A stretch of 64,000 nucleotides of DNA from Eledone cirrhosa (Eukaryota), in NCBI GenBank assembly GCA_964016885.1, contig OZ024766.1, positions 15,562,001 through 15,626,000 of the forward strand. The letters run 5' to 3'. Every line of letters starts with the position of its first letter. Within the stretch, counting starts at the first letter, position 1. The position numbers were made by a program, and so were the translations under genes. The notes below the pieces were generated by a model that was not told where the DNA came from, ran no database searches, and saw only the letters and a program-made list of their open reading frames with translations. Shown piece after piece: positions 35,301 through 48,910 of the stretch.

Positions 35301-35940
35301 TTTCTGCTAGCATGTGTAGTGTGTATATTGTTATTATACGCAGGTATATATATACATGTAGATATGATACATCAAATAAAATCGTAATTGACAATATATA
35401 ATACACAGAAATTGAACAAAGACTATGTTACAATCTCTTATTTAATCAGTAACGTAATCCATGATACATTAAAAAAAGACGATTATATATAAACTGCATT
35501 AGGAGAAAATTAGTGACAGAAAATTAGTATGTTTATTTAAGTGATTGCCACCGGAAGTGTTGACATCACACTCTCTTTCTTTCTATAAATATGGTAGTTG
35601 AAGTGGTGGTGGTGGTGGTGGTGGCAATGATATACCGGAAGTGTTGACATCTCACTCTCTCTCTTTCTATTTATATGGTAGTGGAAGTGGTGGTGGTGGT
35701 GGTGGCAATGATATACCGGAAGTGTTGACATCACACTCTCTATTTCTATATATATGGTAGTGGAAGTGTTGACATCACACTCTCTCTTTCTATATATATG
35801 GTAGTAGAAGTGGTGGTGGTGGTGGTGGCAATGATATACCGGAAGTGTTGACATCTCACTCTCTCTCTTTCTATATATATGGTAGTGGAAATGGTGGGGG
35901 GGGTGGTGGTGGTGGCAATGATATACCGGAAGTGCAACTT
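35301..35940 (-). mobile_element. Truncated copy of the 29153 Helitron with an internal ~85-bp CCGGAAGT-containing tandem expansion
   Basis: 35301-35565 matches 29180-29450; ccggaagtg at 35551, 35635, 35716, 35839 and 35926. Confidence 0.75.
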
Positions 35941-35981
35941 TGAAAAGAAGTCAATTTAAATTATTTATTTTAATTCACGCA

Positions 35982-36104
35982 ATGAAGTATTTCCGTCGGA
36001 AAGGTACAGGAACAAAGAGTGCTCTATGTAGGTTACAGTAATAAGCTCTGTAGCCTACATAGAGCACTCTTTGTTCCTGTACCTTTCCGATGGAAATACT
36101 TCAT
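35982..36104. mobile_element. Second copy of the palindromic fold-back element (opposite orientation)
   Basis: Same arms as 10320-10442; loop is reverse-complemented. Confidence 0.7.
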
Positions 36105-36454
36105 ATATATATATATATATGTGTGTGTGTGGGGGGGGGGGGGGGGGTTGTATATAAATATTCACACACACATATACATATATATATATACATATACTGT
36201 ATATATATATATACATATACATATATATACATATATATATGTATATGTATATACATATATATATATACATATATATGTAGATATATATATATACACATAT
36301 ATATGTATGTATGAATATGTACACATACACATATATACACACACATACATACATACATATATTATATATATACGCACATATATTAATATATTTGTGCGTG
36401 TGTGTATATATATATATATATCTATAAACGCACACACACGTGTCTGTGTGTGTG

Positions 36455-36486
<32 letters not shown>

Positions 36487-36907
36487 AAAAGTATAGAAAT
36501 TATTGTAGCAAGAAGCCAACAGTATTCCATAATATATAAGTGACTATAGCGTCAAAATGGGAAAATAGTTAACGTAAGATGTGGGAAAAATAATTCACAC
36601 ACACATTTATATATATATGTGTGTGTGTGTGCATGAGTCCTTCTTTCTGGTGTTTCCTATAGTGTTGTTAGCTGACTTTTGGCTGCTATTTCTAAAGTGT
36701 CTATTAATATATGCTAGAAATAGCAGTCAAATGTCAGTTAATAAGACCAAATAAGAAGGTTTATATAAACTGCAGACCCGCAACATGTTTTACTCAATTT
36801 CCGGCTTTAAGTAAGACAAGAGTTATCTTTCTTGCCAAATATTCTCCGTTTGTTGACATAAAAAAAAATCGGTTTTAATTTTAGCGCTAGAAATAGCAGC
36901 CATGGCA

Positions 36908-36944
<37 letters not shown>

Positions 36945-37025
36945 CCTAATCGTAAGGTGCTTTACTATATAAATATATATATGTTAATGTGTGTATCTGT
37001 GTGTATGCATGAGAGTGTGTGTGTG

Positions 37026-37088
<63 letters not shown>

Positions 37089-37397
37089 TCATCATCATCA
37101 TCATCATCATTTTACGTCCGCTTTTCCCTGCTTGCAAGGGTGGGACGGGAACTGATTCTGGCTTGATTTCTACAGCTGAATGCCCTTCCTAACACCAACC
37201 TGCTACATATATATATATGTATATATATGTTATATGTATATATGTATATATATAAGGGTTAAAATACTGGAGCGTGTTGGAGTTAAACACCCTCTTCGTA
37301 TTATAGAAATGACAGTAAAAGGTATAGCTCAATGTAGTTAAACAGAGCCGAAGAATTATGAAAGTAAAACAAAGAAGCCTTCAATACATCAAAAGTC

Positions 37398-37447
37398 TTT
37401 ATTAGCCAACAATGTTTCGTCCTATTAAGGACTCATCAGGGCAATTA
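37398..37447 (-). ncRNA. Minimal hammerhead ribozyme (inverted terminal repeat copy)
   Basis: gcc-CTGATGA-gtcct taat aggac-GAAA-cattg-TT-ggc on the minus strand. Confidence 0.75.
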
Positions 37448-37854
37448 AAACAACAAGAAGTATTATCGGCCAATACAAGCCGGAAACTCCGAAGAATATG
37501 GAGTGTTGCAGGATTATGGGTAAAAATATATAATAAAAATATATAATAAAAATTACTAAGGAGGTGTATAACATTAAGAACCATATAACAAATATAGTCC
37601 AAAGCAAAAAAACCTAGAGCTAAACAAAAGTGGTTATATAGAGCAGGAATTATATATAATACAATGTAATATAATATAATATACCTTTACCAATATTAAA
37701 ATTACAATAAAAATCAAAAGGTACAATATACATATGTATATATATACGCACACGTACGCACACATACACATACATCAATACACGTATCCATCTTCAACTG
37801 CACAAATTAAACCTTATTAAGAGTTTAAAAATAAATAAGCATCATAGGAATAAA

Positions 37855-37886
<32 letters not shown>

Positions 37887-39700
37887 ATATACCCAATATA
37901 CATGAGGTAATAATATGATATTCATAGTCAATATACTATATTAAATAATAGAAAGGAGCGTAAAAGAGGGGGGGATTAAATATAATCATAATCTATTTGG
38001 AGCGGTTGACAATAAGTATATGTGCGCATGGTGGGGGGGGGGAGTGGTTTTTGACGACTCTTTATTCTAGCTCTCATAATCTTTTGGCTACTATACCATA
38101 TCTATCTTCTTACGCATTAAATTTTCACTATTAACACCTTATGAGTATATATCTGATTATATATTTTACATTATTTTATTTTATTTTATTTTATTTTATT
38201 TTATTTTATTTTATTTTATTTTTACTTTTATTTGGATTCTTCTTTGGATAACCCCCCCCCCCCATGCACACATATACTTATTGTCAACCCTTCCAAATAG
38301 ATTATGATTATATTTAACCCCCCCCCCCCTTTTTTACGCTCCTTTCTATTATTTAATATAGTATATTGACTATGATTTTATGCCCCTTTGTATCCTCCAT
38401 ATATTTCTTCATTTCTGTCCCTACCATAATTCTGCTTAAGTCAGTTTTTTAGATATCGTTATGTATATGATAGTAAAAAATTTCATTCCTTTTTGTAAAT
38501 ATTTGTAACGAAATATTAACGTTTATAAACTTTAATTACTTAAACTATAGCTAATATTATACTGCCTTATTGGATATTTTAAATATTTTTAATATTAATT
38601 TATCAAATAGGGTTTTCGAGTCATTTACCGGGGTTATTTCCTAAGTTTTTACTTAACTGCATGTGAGACCTAAATGTATACTTTTGTTTTTGATTTTTAA
38701 TTTCCGGTTGATTCTATTTATTTATTTTATTTTATATTGTATATTTTATTTGTAATACTACTGTGCATTATATTTACTGTCTGGCCCTTACTCACTCATC
38801 CACATACATGTCTGTTTACCAACCTTGTAATTGTAAGTAATTATATATTATATTATGTTAATTATATTATATTATATTATATTGTATTTGTTATTGTAAT
38901 ATCGATCCTTATTACTTACCGTTAATTATATGTAACATTATGATATGTTAAACTTTATATATCATGTAAGATGTTTATATTTTTGTACCATCATAATTTT
39001 TGGGTATTGTACAATTTATTTTTCCTCACCTACTCTGTAATGAATTGATTTGTTAACTTGAATGCCATTATATATTGTATATTATAAATGTTAGTATATT
39101 ATTATTATAGTATTATTGTGACATCTATATTGTTTGTGTAAATTAACCCGAGATTATCTATTCTATTATATTATATTATATAGTATATAATTGTATAGTT
39201 TATTATATATTATATGTGCTACTTATAATAATATCACATTATTACCTCATGTATATTGGGTATATGTATTATTCTTATTATTTTTATTCCTATCATGCTT
39301 ATTTATTTTTAAACTCTTAATAAGGTTTAATTTGTGCAGTTGAAGATGGATATGTGTATTGATGTATGTGTATGTGTGCGTACGTGTGCGTATATATATA
39401 CATATGTATATTGTACCTTTTGATTTTTATTGTAATTTTAATATTGGTAAAGGTATATTATATTATATTGTATTATATATAATTCCTGCTCTATATAACC
39501 ACCTTTGTTTAGCTCTAGGTTTTTTTGCTTTGGACTATATTTGTAATATGGTTCTTAATGTTATACACCTCCTTAGTAATTTTTATTATATATTTTTATT
39601 ATATATTTTTATCCATAATCTTGCAATACTTTAGTGTATGTACACTCCATATTCTTCGGAGTTTCCGGCTTGTATTGGCCGATAATACTTCTTGTTGTTT

Positions 39701-39750
39701 TAATTGCCCTGATGAGTCCTTAATAGGACGAAACATTGTTGGCTAATAAA
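39701..39750 (+). ncRNA. Minimal hammerhead ribozyme (5' terminal repeat)
   Basis: Canonical CUGAUGA and GAAA core, 5-bp stem II, 2-bp quasi-palindromic stem III (acattgt), short stem I gcc/ggc. Confidence 0.78.
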
Positions 39751-39968
39751 GACTTTTGATGTATTGAAGGCTTCTTTGTTTTACTTTCATAATTCTTCGG
39801 CTCTGTTAAACTACATTGAGCTATACCTTTTACTGTCATTTCTATAATACGAAGAGGGTGTTTAATTCCAACACGCTCCAGTATTTTAACCCTTGTCACT
39901 GCTCCCGATCGGTTGAGCTTCCTCATATATACTGGTATTTTGGCCTTTATATATATATATCTAACAGT

Positions 39969-42657
39969 ATGCTAACAAAGAGTTACCTGCCTTTATCTCT
40001 GAAGAATATTCCCACCCCCTCTAAGAATACTTACGAAAAACTGTTGATAGCTAGTGTTAACTCCTTTGTAAAAAGGATTAGATGGCGTGCTTTCCACTAT
40101 GATAATAATAAGAATAGGAAGGACCCCAGGAATAGAACAAATTTTAATAACTATGGCTTCAAAACTTATAAGAGCCCACCACATAATATTCTATTAGATA
40201 GTTTTGAAAGTGACTTACTCTCTCTTGTCAAAAATATTAGGTATAGGCCAAATAATAGACATAGAAATTATAATAATTTTGATAAGTTCCAGTCTGGACT
40301 TAAAAATATTGTTACGGGTTTCGGTGAGAATAAGTCCATTCTTGTCCCGGCGGATAAGACTAAGAATCTATACTCCATGGATTATAGTGCTTACCGTGAC
40401 TTTATTTATAAGGAGCTACATAGAAATTATAAAAAAACTACGCTTGAGAATTTGAACCACATCAATAGTGAGGGTCTTAAAATTGTCTCTGACCTCGGCC
40501 TCGATAAGTATACCCAGCCATATTACCCTCAAGAACCGAGATTCACTCTTAAGGATCATAAGGTTGATTTTATTAGTAACCCCTCTGTTAGACTCATCTG
40601 TCCTTCTAAGTCCGATATAGCCATTATCAGTAAAAAAAATCCTTGACCTTATTATACCAGATGTTAGGGATAAAGTTAATTTTAACCTATGGGGGAACAC
40701 TAAGGAAGTTATAGATTGGTTCTCTGGGATTAATAGACTTGAATCGAATAAGTTTATCCAATTCGATATTGATGCCTACTACACATCAATTTCACCCATC
40801 CTCCTCAATAAAGCTTTAATGTTGGCCATGAGAGTGTCCAGCCTTACACGATCACAGGTAGATATTATACTAGCAGCCCGTAGAACTATTATTAAATTTG
40901 AGGACACATTTTGGACCCGTAAAAACACGCCCAATAATTTCGACGTTACAATGGGTTCGAGTGATTCGGCCCAGGTTACTGATCTTGTTGGGTTGTTCCT
41001 CCTTAATGAACTATATGCTACCTTCCCGCACCTTATAGGCGGACTATATCGTGATGATGCATTGTTTGTAATTAACTCTAGCACCAACAATGTCGAGCAT
41101 AATAAGAAGAAGCTTTATAAGTTTTTTAAAAGCTATAACCTTTCGATCACGATAGATAGAAATGATAGAGCGGTTAACTTTTTAGATGTGACTTTGGACT
41201 TGGTCACTAATAGTTTTAAACCCTTCCATAAGCCTAATGAAATACTTTCTTATGTTAGTCCCAATTCTAACCACCCCAAATCTATGATAAGCTCTATAAT
41301 TAAGGGTGTATCTAATAGAATTTCCACACTCTCTAAGGACGTAGGAACATTTAATGAACATGCGGAGTACTATAATAATGCCCTAGCAAATTCCGGTTAC
41401 TCTAGTAAAATACATTATAATAATAGTAACCTTAGAAAGTCTCCGCTAACTTTTAATAATAATAACATAATATCACATAACATGGCCATGAATGGGAGTA
41501 GGAAGCATAATAACCGTAGAAATTACATAGGTGTATCTAAACCCATCCATAAGTTAACCCACGGGACTCGTAATAGTGAATATAATACCTCTAGGAAACA
41601 AGTCGAACCCTCTGAGCGCTCACTCATTGGTGATAATTTTGTTAGATCTTATTCTAATAATTTTGCTTCTACTGATCCTATTATTGGCCCTAATCCTTTT
41701 GATGGGATTCCAGACAGCAGTAGATCTACTGGAGGTAGAAACGGTAATAGACTTAATGGAATTTTGGCTGATTCTAATAATGCGGTTTTAACTAATCCTT
41801 GTAGTAACCCTAGTCTTGATGGTGGGATATTTGATAATGGTAGAGTCGGTAAGAATAAAAATAGAAGGAGATTAAATACTTATTTTAACCCGCCATATAA
41901 TCAGGAAGTATTAACTAATATCCCTAGGTCTTTCTTTTCTATCTTAGAGAAAAATTTCCCCCCTTCTCATAAATACCATAGTATTTTTAATAAAAATGTT
42001 ATTAAACTTTCATTCTCTACCACCCCTAATATTAGTTCTCATTTAGCTAGCACTAACAATAGGAAAATTAGGGATGGATTCTCCTCTCTACATACTACTA
42101 GTCTGAACAGATCTGGAAATGCATTACCACCAGAACAGACCTTATCTAATAGCAATCCTACGTGTAATGCATCACCACTTGAGCCAACCAATAACACCCG
42201 GAAGTGCAACTGTAGAGTGAGTGCTAACTGCCCTTTAAACGGTAACTGCCTCTCTAAGAACATTGTCTATGCTTGCGTAGTTATAACTAATTCCTCTAAT
42301 AGAACTTATATAGGCTCTACATCTAACACTTTTAAGACTAGGTTTAACTCTCATATCTCTAATTTCAAACATGTTAAGTTTAAGAATTCTACTTCTTTAG
42401 CACATTATATCTGGGATCTTAAGGGGGCTAATATACCATATAGCCTTAACTGGCGTTTAGTAGCACGCTCTAATAACCTTTCTACACATACTAAATTTTG
42501 TAATCTCTGTATCCTCGAGACACACTCTATAATTTTCTCTAGCGAATCCTTACTTAATAGAAAGTCTGAGATATTCTCTTCTTGCCCCCACGCTATTTCT
42601 AATTCATACTTTTATTATAAACCTAAAGGTTCTAGTAGTACAAATTGTATCCATTAG
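39969..42657 (+). CDS. Penelope-like RT plus GIY-YIG endonuclease (~895 aa if one extra A in the 40632-40639 run is removed)
   Basis: KNIPTPS, RWRAF, ADKTKN, FTLKDHK, FIQFDI, FDVTMGS.DSA, GLYRDD, NFLDV, SNHP, FNPPY, CNC..CPLNGNC, IVY..TYIGST, CNLC.LE; single frameshift. Confidence 0.88.
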
Positions 42658-44412
42658 CTGATATATTCCATTACTTATTTTTTAGTTTAGGTTCTTTTTG
42701 TTTACCACCATTATTATCATCATTATTATCATTGGTTTTTGACGACTCTTTATTCTAGCGCTCATAATCTTTTGGCTACTATACCATATCTATCTTCTTA
42801 CGCATTAAATTTTCACTAACACCTTATGAGTATATATCTGATTTTCACTAACACCTTATGAGTATATATCTACATTATTTTATTTTATTTCATCTTATTT
42901 TATTTTATTTTATTTTATTTTTATTTTTATTTGGATTCTTCTTTGGATAACCCCCCTCCCCCACCCCCACCCCATGCGCACATATACTTATTGTCAACCC
43001 CTCCAAATAGATTATGATTATATTTAATCCCCCCCTCTTTTACGCTCCTTTCTATTATTTAATATAGTATATTGACTATGATTTTATGCCCTTTGTATCC
43101 TCCATATATTTCTTCATTTCTGTCCCTACCATAATTCTGCTTAAGTCAGTTTTTTAGATATCGTTATGTATATGATAGTAAAAAATTTCATTCCTTTTTG
43201 TAAATATTTGTAACGAAATATTAACGTTTATAAACTTTAATTACTTAAACTATAGCTAATATTATACTGCCTTATTGGATATTTTAAATATTTTTAATAT
43301 TAATTTATCAAATAGGGTTTTCGAGTCATTTACCGGGGTTATTTCCTAAGTTTTTACTTAACTGCATGTGAGACCTAAATGTATACTTTTGTTTTTGATT
43401 TTTAATTTCCGGTTGATTCTATTTATTTATTTTATTTTATATTGTATATTTTATTTGTAATACTACTGTGCATTATATTTACTGTCTGGCCCTTACTCAC
43501 TCATCCACATACATGTCTGTTTACCAACCTTGTAATTGTAAGTAATTATATATTATATTATGTTAATTATATTATATTATATTATATTGTATTTGTTATT
43601 GTAATATCGATCCTTATTACTTACCGTTAATTATATGTAACATTATGATATGTTAAACTTTATATATCATGTAAGATGTTTATATTTTTGTACCATCATA
43701 ATTTTTGGGTATTGTACAATTTATTTTTCCTCACCTACTCTGTAATGAATTGATTTGTTAACTTGAATGCCATTATATATTGTATATTATAAATGTTAGT
43801 ATATTATTATTATAGTATTATTGTGACATCTATATTGTTTGTGTAAATTAACCCGAGATTATCTATTCTATTATATTATATTATATAGTATATAATTGTA
43901 TAGTTTATTATATATTATATGTGCTACTTATAATAATATCACATTATTACCTCATGTATATTGGGTATATGTATTATTCTTATTATTTTTATTCCTATCA
44001 TGCTTATTTATTTTTAAACTCTTAATAAGGTTTAATTTGTGCAGTTGAAGATGGATACGTGTATTGATGTATGTGTAAGTGTGCGTACGTGTGCGTATAT
44101 ATATACATATGTATATTGTACCTTTTGATTTTTATTGTAATTTTAATATTGGTAAAGGTATATTATATTATATTACATTGTATTATATATAATTCCTGCT
44201 CTATATAACCACCTTTGTTTAGCTCTAGTTTTTTTTTTGCTTTGGACTATATTTGTAATATGGTTCTAAATGTTATACACCTCCTTAGTAATTTTTATTA
44301 TATATTTTTATTATATATTTTTACCCATAATCTTGCAATACTTTAGTGTATGTACACTCCATATTCTTCGGAGTTTCCGGCTTGTATTGGCCGATAATAC
44401 TTCTTGTTGTTT

Positions 44413-44462
44413 TAATTGCCCTGATGAGTCCTTAATAGGACGAAACATTGTTGGCTAATAAA
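44413..44462 (+). ncRNA. Minimal hammerhead ribozyme (3' terminal repeat)
   Basis: Identical to 39701-39750. Confidence 0.78.
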
Positions 44463-44847
44463 GACTTTTGATGTATTGAAGGCTTCTTTGTTTTACTTTC
44501 ATAATATATGTATATATATATATGTCATATGTATATATATGTATATATATATATATGTTATATGTATATATATATATGTAGAGGTTATATTTAATTTGTT
44601 GGGATTCAACAAGCTTAAACATTTTTATAGCTGATATAAAGCACTCAACAATTTGGAGCTTCCTTGATAGGAAGCTACGACCGTTAAGTTTGTCTTTTTG
44701 CCGGGTATGTCAATATTTATTTATAAAACAAATCTGTATTTTATCTGATGAAAGCGCACCACCATAACTTGCCTTGGTTGCCCTTGAAATATATATAATA
44801 AAATAAATATGGTTTTATAAATATAGTTTCCATTTATTAATATATTG

Positions 44848-44904
<57 letters not shown>

Positions 44905-45261
44905 GTTATATGTATATATGTATAACAATGGCTGTAAGACAGGTGTCTACAGGATGGGTGGGGTTCAATGGTTTAAAGAAAAGGGAAATTCTTTAGAAGC
45001 TAATTCTTTAAGGCTGGAATAAGGGTGACAAAGGCAGAAAGGGTTCCATCAACAGATTCAAGTGTTGGGTGCTTCCCCCTATTGTGAATTTTCTCTTAAT
45101 ATATATTCCAGGTGTTGACAAACACATTCACACACTCGCCCACTTACACACGTACACACATACACGCACGCTCACACACAACAAACATACATAATGGTAC
45201 ATACACACATACACATATACAAATATATACACATACATACAAATATGTGTACATACATACG

Positions 45262-45320
<59 letters not shown>

Positions 45321-45383
45321 CATATATTTATATATGTATATATATATGTATATATATATGTATATATATATGTATATATATAT

Positions 45384-46664
45384 AAAATTAACCTGTTTAA
45401 GACTAAAGTTCTAGTTTGTAGGAAGGAAAATAGGGCGCCGGTCCCACCCAGGAAATGGCCATACTCAGTGTGTAGGAAAGGAGAAGCTAGAAACTCCATT
45501 TTATGTCCCAAATGCAAAGTATGCGTGCATAAAAGATGTAGTGGGATCACAGGTAAGCTAACTAAGAATATAGATTTTATATGTGGCCAGTGCTCTGGTG
45601 CAATAAGTAGCAGCAAGTGCCCACAGAATACTAGCTCATTCAATTGCACAGATGGTTCTATAGAAATAGTGGACAGCTTCCGTTACCTGGGTGACAAAAT
45701 CAGCAGCGGGGGAGGGTGCTCTGAAAGTACAGTAGCTAGAGTCAGAACGGGATGGAAAAAGTTCAGAGGGCTTATACCACTATTGGCCGTTAAAGGGTTC
45801 TCTCTAAAAATGAAAGGCAGGCTGTATGATGCCTGCATACGAACAGCAATGTTGCATGGCAGTGAGACCTGGGCATTGTGTGCAGAGGATATACGTAGAC
45901 TGGAGAGGAACGAAGCTTGCATGCTCCGCTGGATGTGTAATAGTAATATACGTGAACGGCAAAGCATAAACGAACTAAGTGAGAAATTAGGAATAAGAGG
46001 GATCAGATGTTGTTTACTCGAGAGAAGCCTACGTTGGTATGGTCACATGATGCGCATGAAAGACGACATCTGCATAAAAAAGTGCAGGGCGATAAAAATA
46101 GACGGTAGCCACGGAGTAAGCAGACCCAGAAAAACCTGGGACGACTTGATAAATTCCGACCTCACACACTTACACCTCTCCAAGACAATGTCACTGGACC
46201 AAGACCTTTGGCGGTACTCAGTAACAGAGAAGACCCGCCTTGCCTATGTACAAAGGGAAACCTACAGTCAGTAGGCACCTCTTAACCAAATATACACCCC
46301 AATCCACTACCCCTACCCTATCCTCCCACTCCCACCAACACTACCCTCTTTCTATAAAGTTGGTACCACAACATCCAGTCCAAATAAATGAGATAATGAG
46401 ATCGAGATCGTGTAGGTGTCACGACAAAACACACAGCGCACGCTGTAATGTGGTTGTGTAGGTAACACGGTAAAAACCTCCCAGTTCCACACTGTAAATG
46501 TGGTTTGTGTTAGGAAGAGCATCCAGCCGTAGAAAACCTGCCAGATAGTCCTATATGAGCGAGACACGGTCACCCGACCAACCTTGCCTCAAGTGGGACA
46601 ACTCCCGTCTAACCCATGCTAGCGTGGAAAATGGACGTTAAACGAAGATGATGATGATGATGAT
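45384..46664 (+). mobile_element. RTE family 2, 5'-truncated copy
   Basis: Same coding tail, 3' UTR and (GAT)n as the other family 2 copies. Confidence 0.92.
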
Positions 46665-47020
46665 ATAAAACATATCTGTAATGTTATTTATATATATATA
46701 TATATATATAACATATTTGTAATGTTATTTATATATATATAAAACATATCTGTAATGTTATTTATATATATATATATATAACATATCTGTAATGTTATTT
46801 ATATATATATATATATAACATATCTGTAATGTTATTTATATATATATAACATATCTGTAATGTTATTTATATATATATATAAAACATATATGTAATGTTA
46901 TTTATATATATATATATATAACATATTTGTAATGTTATTTATATATATATATATATATAACACACGTATCTGTAATGTTATTTATATATATATAAAACAT
47001 ATCTGTAATGTTATTTATGT
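46665..47020 (+). repeat. Minisatellite aacatatctgtaatgttattt(at)n; inverted sister array at 53793-54282
   Basis: Direct inspection; ~30-38-bp variable unit. Confidence 0.85.
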
Positions 47021-47021
47021 A

Positions 47022-47610
47022 CTAGACCACCCGTGATCCGTTGGGTCATGTTCACTTTAAAATATTTTTTTAAAAATCGTGTTCACTTAAAAATAATTTT
47101 TAAATAATAAAAATATACACAGACATGTATATAATGTGAAATGAAACTGGAAGGCCTATATATATACGTGACTGTATGTATATATATATATGTGTGTGTG
47201 TGTGTAAACATATACATATATATGTATGTGTGTGTATATATATATATGTGGATGTCTGTGATCTACATGCACTGGTCATAATCACACACATATATATATA
47301 TATATTCACACACACTCATATATATATAACAGCACCACCAGCTCTCTTCCATTTTCATTCTCTGTCTCCTCTCCCTCTTTCTGTCTCTCTTTCAATCTAC
47401 TCTCTCACAACCACTATCTCTTTCTCTCTATCTTTTTCTCTCTTTGTTTACTTTGTTTATGAAGGCAGCAGGAAAAACCCCATTTGTCGGGAACCCGCGG
47501 TCCGATTTACGCGAAATTTGTTTTGTTCCATTTGTATTCCCATTTCAGGGTCAACTTCCTTTCAAAGTATTTTCCCATTATGCGCCCTTTTGGCTGTATT
47601 ACATTACAGA
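47022..47610 (-). mobile_element. Probable non-autonomous Helitron
   Basis: Minus strand A|TCTGTAATG...catgaccc-aac-ggatcacg hairpin, ggtggtCTAG|T; no empty site available. Confidence 0.55.
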
Positions 47611-47643
47611 TAAGCAAGCAAGCAATCACAGACTTTTAGTATT

Positions 47644-48342
47644 ATATAAAAATGTATACACCATTCTAATATATATATTGCCTGTACAGGTAATCAAAGT
47701 GTGTATACATTTTTCCGGGACACCATATATATATATATATATATATACCGGTGTCCCTAAAAATGTATACACCATTCTAATATATATATTGCCTGTACAG
47801 GTAATCAAAGTGTGTATACATTTTTCCGGGACACCATATATATATATACCTGTGTCCCTAAAAAATGTATACACCATTCTAATATATATATTGCCTGTAC
47901 AGGTAATCAAAGTGTGTATACATTTTTCGGGGACACCATATATATACCGGGGTCCCTAAAAATGTATACACCATTCTAATATATATATTGCCTGTACAGG
48001 TAATCAAAGTGTGTATACATTTTTCGGGGACACCATATATATATATACCGGGGTCCCTAAAAATGTATACACCATTCTAATATATATATTGCCTGTACAG
48101 GTAATCAAAGTGTGTATACATTTTTCGGGGACACCATATATATACCGGGGTCCCTAAAAATGTATACACCATTCTAATATATATATTGCCTGTACAGGTA
48201 ATCAAAGTGTGTATACATTTTTCGGGGACACCATATATATATATATATACCGGGGTCCCTAAAAATGTATACACCATCCTAACAAATAATGCATGTATAG
48301 GCAATCAAAGTGGGTATACATTTTTGTGGGGACAACCTGTAT
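47644..48342. repeat. Tandem array of ~7 Tc1/mariner-type MITEs (~100 bp each) separated by (TA)n
   Basis: Each unit ccggggtccctaaaaatgtatacac...gtgtatacatttttcggggacacc has terminal inverted repeats; the last ends ...ggacaacctgTA. Confidence 0.75.
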
Positions 48343-48910
48343 ATACACAAATATTAACATATATATATAGAGAAAGTGTGTGCAAGCAAGCAACCAAGAT
48401 CAGAGTTTTAGTAGTATATATATATATATATATTTATAAAGTAATAATAATAAAATTGAAGACTAAAATCCAAAGAGGGCTCGATAAGGAAAATATATAT
48501 CAAATATATAAGAACCGTAGAGCAAATATGTGGTTTTGTCTTTGCGCGTAATTGTTTTTCACCGCTCCTATTAATGACGTATTATTCGTTTTTTCCCGTT
48601 CTTTGCCAGCGAACGTCACCACGAACCAAAGTATCGTCTTCCTGTCTTCCTCCGGTTGCAACGTTTTTTGAAATATCCACTTCTGCGTTTACAGATTGAC
48701 TTTGTTAGTTTCAGAAGATCCCGTTAAGGGTGAAAGCAGCGATTCTTTGCTTAAACTTTAATCTGTTATTTTAATAAATATTTGCTCTACGGTTCTTATA
48801 TATTTGATATATATTTTCCTTATCGAGCCCTCTTTGGATTTTAGTCTTCAATTTTATTATTATTACTATTTGGCTCCTTCGGTTGAGCACTCTACTGACT
48901 TATATTCATC

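Larger units (their letters stand above)
37255..44505 (+). mobile_element. Penelope-like retroelement 1 (Naiad-like), structurally complete: inverted 5' segment, ~1.75-kb direct terminal repeats, RT plus GIY-YIG ORF
   Basis: Direct repeats 38045-39793 and 42733-44505; 37255-37900 is the reverse complement of 39240-39892; 37905-38043 is the reverse complement of 38250-38375; flanked by TA-rich repeats. Confidence 0.93.

Noticed and set aside
42200-42657. Selenocysteine-encoding Naiad-type ORF
   Set aside because: All conserved Cys positions in both GIY-YIG regions are ordinary Cys codons; the TGAs at 50648 and 50669 lie in non-homologous filler.
48705-48750. Hammerhead in the Penelope-2 5' repeat (CAGAAGA-tccc gttaa gggt-GAAA)
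   Set aside because: The core is non-canonical and I could not find stem III, a UH site or stem I; at most a relic.
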